A stretch of 60,081 nucleotides of DNA from Chromera velia. Its lineage: Eukaryota. The position numbers and the translations under genes were made by a program. The stretch lies in assembly GCA_018398765.1 (NCBI GenBank), contig JAHBMJ010000011.1, forward strand, positions 1 to 60,081, written 5' to 3'. The notes beneath the pieces are model-generated. The model was not told where the DNA came from, did no database searches, and saw only the letters and a program-made list of their open reading frames with translations. Below, in pieces: positions 52,625 to 60,081 of the stretch (positions within the stretch are counted from its first letter, which is position 1; each line of letters begins with the position of its first letter).

Positions 52625-52883
52625 TGTTAAAAGTAGACTAGTGTGAATGCCGTCTACTTCAGTCACTACTATCTGAGTTCATGTTCATCAGCTATGAAGA
52701 TCGGCTATCAAAGAGGATCTTGCCGTTTCCTCACAACAATCGTTCGTGTAAAGGCATGCATGAATTCATGTGCATTCGCATTCGAAGAGACCATGCATGC
52801 ATGCGTGCAGCTTGATCGAGCGGCGCGCAGCCCGCCCGGCGCCTTCGGCCCCAGCCCCCCCCGCGCGTGCCCCACATCTTACA
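52625..52883 (-). repeat. 5' LTR
   Basis: 259 bp, TG...CA termini. Confidence 0.93.
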
Positions 52884-55098
52884 ACACACACAGAGGGAAA
52901 GAGAGAACGAAAGATAAGATAGGGACGTACCAAGAGATGTCCCCTTTGTTTCAGATTTCCTTTCATTTCATTCGCAGACTGACACACAGAACCATTAAAA
53001 TTATGAAGTGCAAAAAACGCCTGAGACCCCAAAGTAGGCAACCAACCCAGAAAGTTTCAAGTGTGACTTAAAGAAGGCAGACCTCGGTGCACCAGCCGCT
53101 GCTGGTCGGACAAAGGAATGTGCGCAGACGAACACACACACAGAGACAACCATACACAGGCCCGGTACTGCGGTGGAGTGAAGCGGGACAGAGTCTTTCA
53201 GAGGAAGCGTACACACAAAGACATAATATTCTCTCTCCCTGCCTCCTGACCTCATATACAAACATATACCTCCATACACAGATACATACATACACACATA
53301 CGGATGAACGGACGGACGGACAGACGGACTATATGTTTCTTCTTCTCTCTTCTTTTCTTCATGAACACAGACAGACTATATCGTTTCTTCTTCTCCCTCC
53401 TTTTTTTTTTTTGACACAGACAGACAGACAGACTATATCGTCTTGTCTTTCCTTTTTCTCTTCCTTCAGACAGACAGACAGACAGACAGACAGGTAGGCA
53501 GTTCGGCCAGCAGGTAGTGCAGGCAGGCAGGCAGGCAAGCAGGCAGACAGGGCGTATATTTGTTCCTTTTCTCAGACAGCAAGACAGACAAACAGACAGA
53601 GCTCAGCAAGTCAGTGAGTTCGGCCGTCACCGTCACTGTCTATCGCCGCCGGTCGATCAGTGGGTCGGTGACTCAGTCAGTCAGTCAGTCAGCCAGTGAG
53701 ATGTCATTGAGTCAGTCACGGAGTCAGTCAGTGAGTCAGTCTTTCACCCTTGTGCTTCTTCACTCAGCGCTCCTGAACTCAACCGTGCACCCGGTCACTC
53801 AAAGGACATGCACGAATCTAGACACGAATACAGAAATAGGGACGCAGAACAATACAGAACGGTAAGACAGGCCACACACTGGCATCGAGGCACATAAATG
53901 CCAGAAATATTTGTCTGCCGGGGCATCGTGCATCGAAAGAAGTACCGCGAACAGCATTTTTTTGCGACACTCTCAGATTGACATGTAGACCGTCACGCAC
54001 ACGGAGACCGAAAACTCAGAGCCGAACTGGGAGCCGAATGTCAGTAAAGACAGGAAATCATAAGTACTGGCAGGCTCAAAGAGACGGGACCTGAGCAGGA
54101 CGGGCGGGGACCTGACCAAAAGCCAGACCTGCTTAGTTCGGAAACGCTGTGAAACCGTGTGAAACTCACAACTGACAAAATAGAGACGTGCGGAGACGGC
54201 ATCCAAAAAGTCACCTTTTCACCCAGCTCCCGTTTTCGATAAGTCAGAGGTTTATATGTCGACTAGGTGATGTTGATTTATTGACAAGGTGATGTTGGAT
54301 GACTGCGCAGACTTCAAAACTTGCATGATCTGTTTGGTTTGACAGTACTTTGACTGACCTTGCGCATGTTTTGTTGGTGCTGCCACCTCGCGGTTGAAGC
54401 GCGGAAAAAAAAAAGGGTCGCGGTCCCGAAAGGCGTTTGTAACCCGAAATGTGATGTGTGGCAGGAACCGCCTTTAACTTTTCCTTTCGGTTTGGGCTAC
54501 AGATACCGTGGCTGGGGGGCCACGGCATGCATCCCCACGAACCGGCCCTCAAGTCGAAAGGCCGGAGCAAGGGGTCAGTCAACACACTTGCAGAAACAGA
54601 GTGAGCTGGCAGACGAATTGACCCATTGTTGACCTCGAACCGGCAACTCTGCGAAGGCTCGATATATCGAAAGTTTTGTAGGAGCAAGTTCGTTTTTTAG
54701 AACCGCTGTAGGCCAAATCAACGAGGAAGGACTGTTTTTGCTGGATGATTGTTGAAGCTCTATTTGACTTGACACGGAGGGAACTCCAGGCACTTGAGTT
54801 GCTCCAGAACCTCAGTTTGACTGATCAAAGGAAAGTGGTTTCGGCTGCTTGACAAAGTCGTGTAGGTGGCTGGCAGATGCGCTAGCTCGAAGTTTGCCGT
54901 GCAGAAGAAGTGAGGGCCGAAAGTCAAGTTCGAGCTTTCAGCTTGTTGCTCTTTTGTCTACAGAATAGAATCGGTCACATTTATTTGGGCGCGACTGACG
55001 CTTCGGAATTGTTCTTTTTGTGTATATCACAGTCCTACTGTCATACCCTGAAGTACGGCTTTGTTCTCTTTGGCGTCGACAAAAACGACCTAGGCAGG

Positions 55099-58000
55099 AT
55101 GACAGAAAACTCTTTGAGAGACGAGACGGCACAACTTGGTGGTGGGACAACGACCATCACGAGAGATCGAAGGAGAGAGAACCGACAAGTTGTATTCGTT
55201 TTCATGAATCCCATTGAGGCTGCGTCAGAAACTCCCCTTTCGAGCAGTCGCCTTCATGAGGTACGACAGCAGGCAAGCAAGCAAGCAAACGAATGTACAA
55301 AAGAGTCCTTTCGCTCATATTATAGGCCTGCCCATACATCCTCGTGTTTTTCCCGCCTTCTGTTTTTCGCGATCAATACCTGCATGTCGATCTGTTTTGA
55401 AGGTAGCAAGTACTCTTGCCGCACGTTTGTTGCGATACTTTCCTGTTTTGCTTCGTCGTGTGTCGGTGTTCTCTTTTCCTTGCCTTACCCACCTTTCTCT
55501 CCACGTTTTCTGTCCCTTTCTTCTTTTCCTTTCCTTTGCTCTACTTTCTGTAAGGATTTTCCACTCCTTTCTTTTTTTTCTTTCATTTCTTGTCTGTCCG
55601 TATTTTCTGCTCCTTTGCTCTCCGTGAACCTGCGAGCCACAACCCCTTTTTACTTTTCTGATCAGGGCTTCTTCTCTTTCCACGAACCATGCAACTTGAT
55701 TTGGGTTATTCATACGATCGGGCATGGCTGGCTTCGTCTTTCGTTCGATTGTCTGTCTGACACAGTGCCAGTGTATGCAACCATCCATCCATCCATCCAT
55801 CCGTCTGTCTGTCCGTTCCCTGGAAAATCTCTCTGACTGTTCTTGCAAGCCATGGCCGTGTCAGTTGATTGTCGGAAGACGATGTTTGTTTGTTTGCATG
55901 TTGACTGAATTACATGAACATCCATCCATCCATCCATCCATCCATCCATCCATCCATCCCTGTTTGCAGCTGTTTGGATGTTACGGCTTGCTTGAGGAAG
56001 TGTCTGTGAACCCGTTTCGGGCCTGTGCGGCGCTTCTCTTCAACTCAGTGAAGGGGGCAGAGGCCGCGTATGAGGGGATGAACGAAAAGGTGAGGGAGGG
56101 AGGGGCGAAGTGATGAATGGAAATTATGGCAACGGACGGCAATCCGTGTGTACGTCTATCATTTCATGTATCTGTCTTCCTTCCTGGCTGTGAGGGAGAC
56201 TTGCTGCGTGCGCACGAGCATTCGAAGGAAGGCAGGTAGGAAGGAAGGAAGGAGGGAAGGAAGGAAGGAAGGAAGGAAGGAAGGAAGGAGGGAAGCAAGC
56301 AAGGAAGGAAGGAAGGAACGAAGGAAGGAAGGAAGGAGGCAAGGAAGGAAGGAAGAAAGGAAGCAAGGAAGGAAGAAAGGAAGGAAGCAAGGAAGGAAGG
56401 AAGATAGAAAGATAGAAAGGAAGGAGGGAAGGAAGGAAGATAGAAAGATAGAAAGGAAGGAAGGAAGGAAGGAATATAGAAAGATAGAAAGAAAGGAGGG
56501 AAGGAAGGAAGGAAGATAGAAAGAAAGGAAGGAAGCAAGGAAGGAAGAAAGGAAGGAGGGAAGAAAGGAAGGAAGGGAGGAAGGAAGGAAGGAAGAAAGG
56601 AAGGAAGGAAGGAAGATAGAAAGACAGGAAGGAAAGACCTGGCCTGACTTGTGCACTGCAGTTTCTGCTCATCGTCGCGATCGATTGGAGGGGGTGTCCT
56701 TCATTTCAATCTCTCTGCATGCGCTGTGCTGTGCTTTTTCTTCCTTGCTCGTTCTCGTAAGAGTCCCCTTCGGACTAAACAGACAACAATGGTGTGTGCA
56801 AGAAGGAAAGAAATGGGAGGGAGGAATCTGCTGACAGACAATCTCGTCTGCCCTCCCTTTTGTTGTCTACCCCCCGTCTTCTCTCTCCTTTCTCACACAC
56901 TTTCTGTGCCTGAATTGATACTACCCCCCCTCCTATTCTCTCCCTTCCATGCTGTCCTCCTCTCTCTCTGCCGTTTGCCTTTCCGATTTCTTTCTGACAG
57001 TGCTCCATCATTTTTTTTCTTTTCTTTTTTTTGTTCCGACATTCGATGGTTCTTCTTCGATGAACAATCAGGCTGTCCTGTCAGTCAGCCAGTCAGTCAG
57101 CTAAAGTGAGGAATTGAGCGAGCCCTAGTGTGTGCGCACTCTTTCTCTCTCTCTCTCTTCCTCCAGTAAGGGGGTGAGGGGGTGCCGGTCCGCGCACGAA
57201 AACCGTGATGCATGTCTGTCTACACCCATGCATGCGTGCGTGCAGGCTCTGTGTGACTCCCCCAACTGCAAGAAGAAGTCCAAGCAGGCGACCCTCTATT
57301 TGGACGTGAAGACTCTCGACCGCGCTCTAGTGATGATGCCTCACATGCAGATCCCTGTTTTTTCTCTCCCCTCTCAATCAGGCCTGTCAGCTGAGGAGCA
57401 TGTGGATGATCGCTCCCCTGCCCCTGCCCCCGTGGGTGCACCGAGGACCCATGATTCCTCAAGAGAAGGGCAACAGAGGACCCATGATTCCTCAAGAGAA
57501 GGTCAACAGAGATCGGCGGAGGGAGAAGGAAACTCTCTTCCTCTTTCCCCCTCGACCCCAGTAGAGTCCAACCAGACTCCTCACACAAAGACGATGACGC
57601 CTGGGACTGAGGCTGCGTCCGCCTCGGAGGTCGATAGAGACAGAGGAAAAAAGTATCGGCCACCTCCGATGCTGCAGAGAGAAATCGAAAGGGAGAGAAT
57701 GTCTCAGGAGAAGGAGAGGGAGACGGTTGCTGAGATAAGGATAAACGCCTCGAGGGGTGGGGCGGGCGATCTGTCTTCTGTTCCCCCCCAGCCCGTCAGA
57801 CCGTCTGCCTTTCTGAGTGTGGGGGGGGATGGGAAGCATCCTCCACATGCAGTGCAGAAAGAGAAAGAAAGTTCCTATTTGGAGGCGCTGGGTGAATCAG
57901 ACGGACATAAAAAGCAATCAAAATCAATCGATGATAGCAGTTGCGGTCAAATTCTCCGTGTCCCTTTTCCTCTCTCCCTTTCTTCCTCCAAGGAGGCCAC

Positions 58001-59072
58001 CTCAGGCCAGAGTCGGGTCACGACAACAGACAGAGCCGAAGGAGAAGAAGGAGAAGGAGACGAGGAAGAAGAGAGGTTCGACAGAGAGAATTTGACAGCA
58101 ACCCGGACGACGACACGCACAGTCACAGACGACGTCGAATTTCCACCCAAACAGCACACAGGCCACCGAGTGGCACCACCGTCCACCTCCGCCGTTCCCT
58201 CTCCGTTAGAGCAACCCTCTCTTCCGGACGGACCATTTGAGCCTGCTGCAGCTGGTGCTCCTTTTCAGCCCCAGGAGCTGCATGAGGATGATGTCGTTGA
58301 GGATTTGCCGTCTCCTGTTGTTTCGGCTCTGGATTCACGGAAGTACGCAGAGTACTTCTTCACAGACGACCCCTGCGACCGGAGATTCAGGGCCAAATTC
58401 CCTATCGCCATCAGTGATCCCGCCTTCGGGTGCCCTTCCAGAATCATTGGTGGAGGGGTCAGTCAGTCAGATTCAGTCAGGCAGGCAGTCAAGTGAGGGT
58501 GTGAATGATGTTGTGATAGAATGAGAATGCATCAGTGACACTGTCCCAACAGCTGGTCGACTACTTCCTTTCAACTTGCCTCTCGTATCGATGTGTCATG
58601 CACAGTGAATGTGTGCAAGTCTATGCTATCTTTCCTTTCGATCGACTGTGCGTGCGTGTGCGTGTATGTCTGTGTCTGTGTGAGAGAGAGGGAGGAGGCT
58701 CACTCAAACACCGTCAGTAAATACGTTCTTTCACGCGCGTTCTGCTCCTTTGAAGCTTTCTCCTCTTTTCTTTTCTGGTGTTTTCTTTTCTTTGTTGTTC
58801 TTTGATCGTCTCTCCCTGCCACGCCAACGCGGGGAGAACATCAATCGATTGAGCGAGCGAGCGAGAGAGAGAGAGAGCCAGACAGACATTGGGGGGGGGA
58901 GAGAGAGAATTTAGACAGTCTGTGTGTGTGTGTGTATGTGTGCGGGCGTGCGTGCGTGCAGGGGGCGAATATGAAGGACATCGTGTCGCTGACGAACCAG
59001 ACGACGAAGATGCGACTGCGGGGCGTCGGGTCTGGGTTCAGAGAGGACCAGCTGGGCCATAGGGGTGCGCGC

Positions 59073-59107
<35 letters not shown>

Positions 59108-59128
59108 GGAGTGTGATGTGTGTGTGTG

Positions 59129-59167
<39 letters not shown>

Positions 59168-59179
59168 GTGTGTGTGTGT

Positions 59180-59214
<35 letters not shown>

Positions 59215-59265
59215 ATGTGTGTGTGTGTGTGATGTGTGTGTGTGTGTGATGTGTGTGTGTGTGTG

Positions 59266-59299
<34 letters not shown>

Positions 59300-59942
59300 G
59301 TGTGTGTGTGTGTGTGGAGGAGTTTGATTGCATGGTTGGGGTTGTTTACTCCGATGCTTGCATAGTTCTTTCTGACTTCTTCCATCTCGTTCCTCCCCTG
59401 CTGCAATGCACTTCTCTCTCTCGTTGGGTTGGGTTAATTGTCTATTTGCCTGAATTGCCTTATCTCCCATGCGGCCCATGCCTCTCCCTCCCCTCCGACC
59501 AAGGAAACGACAGAACAGAAAAAAAGAGAAGAGAACAGAACAGAGCGGTCCTACGGTCCTACGAACAGTCGATAGATGGAGGCCACTGGCAGGGCGTCTC
59601 TTTTTCTAGCTCGGTCTCTTTATCACACAGAGACACTTTCAGTTCTGTTGCTTTTAACCTTTTTTTTCTTGTTTTTGTTTAGTTTATTGGTATTTGCCTT
59701 CCTATCTCTGTCTCTCTATTTTTCCCTCTTTGTCTTTCCGTCTTTCTGCAGAATGCCCCGAACCTCTTCACCTCTGTCTGTCGTCCCCAACCGCCGAGAC
59801 CTTCGCCATCGCGTTCTCGCATCTTGCCGTGTTGATCCGGAGGGTTCACTGGGAGTTCGAGGAATTTCACCTCGACGTTCGGAGAACGGCCTACAGGGGG
59901 CTGTCGGTGTTCTCGTGGGAGCAACGGGGGGTCGATTTGAAG
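55099..59942 (+). CDS. RRM + KH (SF1/KHDC4-like) RNA-binding protein, 3' partial
   Basis: Exons 55099(start uncertain)..55260, 55970..56089, 57246..58457, 58962..59064, 59752..59942, with consistent phases. RRM: VVFVF...LHELFGCYGLLEEVSV...ALLFNSVKGAEAAYEGMNEK. KH: RIIGGGGANMKDI...KMRLRGVGSGFRE...ECPEPLHLCLSS. Donor at 59943, so the gene continues beyond the window. Confidence 0.8.
56228..56634. repeat. Compound (GGAA)n microsatellite (intronic)
   Basis: Seen directly in sequence. Confidence 0.9.
59073..59315. repeat. (GT)n microsatellite (intronic)
   Basis: Seen directly in sequence. Confidence 0.9.
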
Positions 59943-60081
59943 GTCTGTTCTTTGTCTGTTGGTCAACTTTGGGGGGGGATGGAGTCTCTGCTCACCTGCA
60001 TGGAAAGGGAGGAGAAGGGAAGACGTGTCACAGGAGTTCCCTCTTCACTCCGCTCCGAGTTGCAACGCGTGTCTGGTTGAC

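Larger units (their letters stand above)
46263..52883 (-). mobile_element. Degenerate Ty1/copia LTR retrotransposon
   Basis: Direct LTRs at 46263-46528 and 52625-52883 with a 5-bp TSD ACACA. Order gag (CGRC..H..C, CDKCNQKGHLPFMC) - protease (VVDIGAD) - integrase (TDNGGEF, PESQGVVERKNR) - RT (KWV, KSHLVLKGF, DIRTSFLQA, YGQADGP, HVGDLL) - RNase H (DASY, STTSAEL, TDSQ, ADRQIK). Many stops and frameshifts. Confidence 0.95.

Noticed and set aside
52900..54900. Possible minus-strand gene truncated by the retrotransposon
   Set aside because: Intron-like texture and one candidate micro-exon near 53083-53101, but no coherent protein could be assembled.

Overview
Eukaryotic, intron-rich genomic DNA with microsatellite-laden introns and many TGCATGCA motifs. 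This, plus a protein with a signal peptide + Phe-type bipartite plastid leader, suggests a chromerid alveolate (Chromera-like); that assignment is inference. Most ORFs in the six-frame track are microsatellite artefacts. Hand-spliced gene models: an SLC35A-type nucleotide-sugar transporter (2 exons); a HET-like + LRR protein with a 12 x 45-bp coding repeat, an in-frame TGA and a C-terminal CaaX box; a 17-exon mitochondrial adrenodoxin/ferredoxin reductase with one GC-AG intron, head-to-head with a RING + RRM gene; an 8-exon plastid-targeted PrmA, head-to-head with an intronless, frameshifted tandem PD-(D/E)xK nuclease-like ORF; and an RRM + KH gene running off the right edge. A degenerate Ty1/copia LTR retrotransposon (46263-52883) carries a nested 618-bp MITE with 16-bp TIRs and an 8-bp TSD. 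Two diverged orphan paralogues lie at the left edge. Most notable: the lipid-anchored HET-LRR candidate immune/cell-death receptor, an all-transition (CpA/CpG-rich) divergence between the LTRs, and unusual splice-donor and intron architecture. All coordinates and counts were derived by eye.
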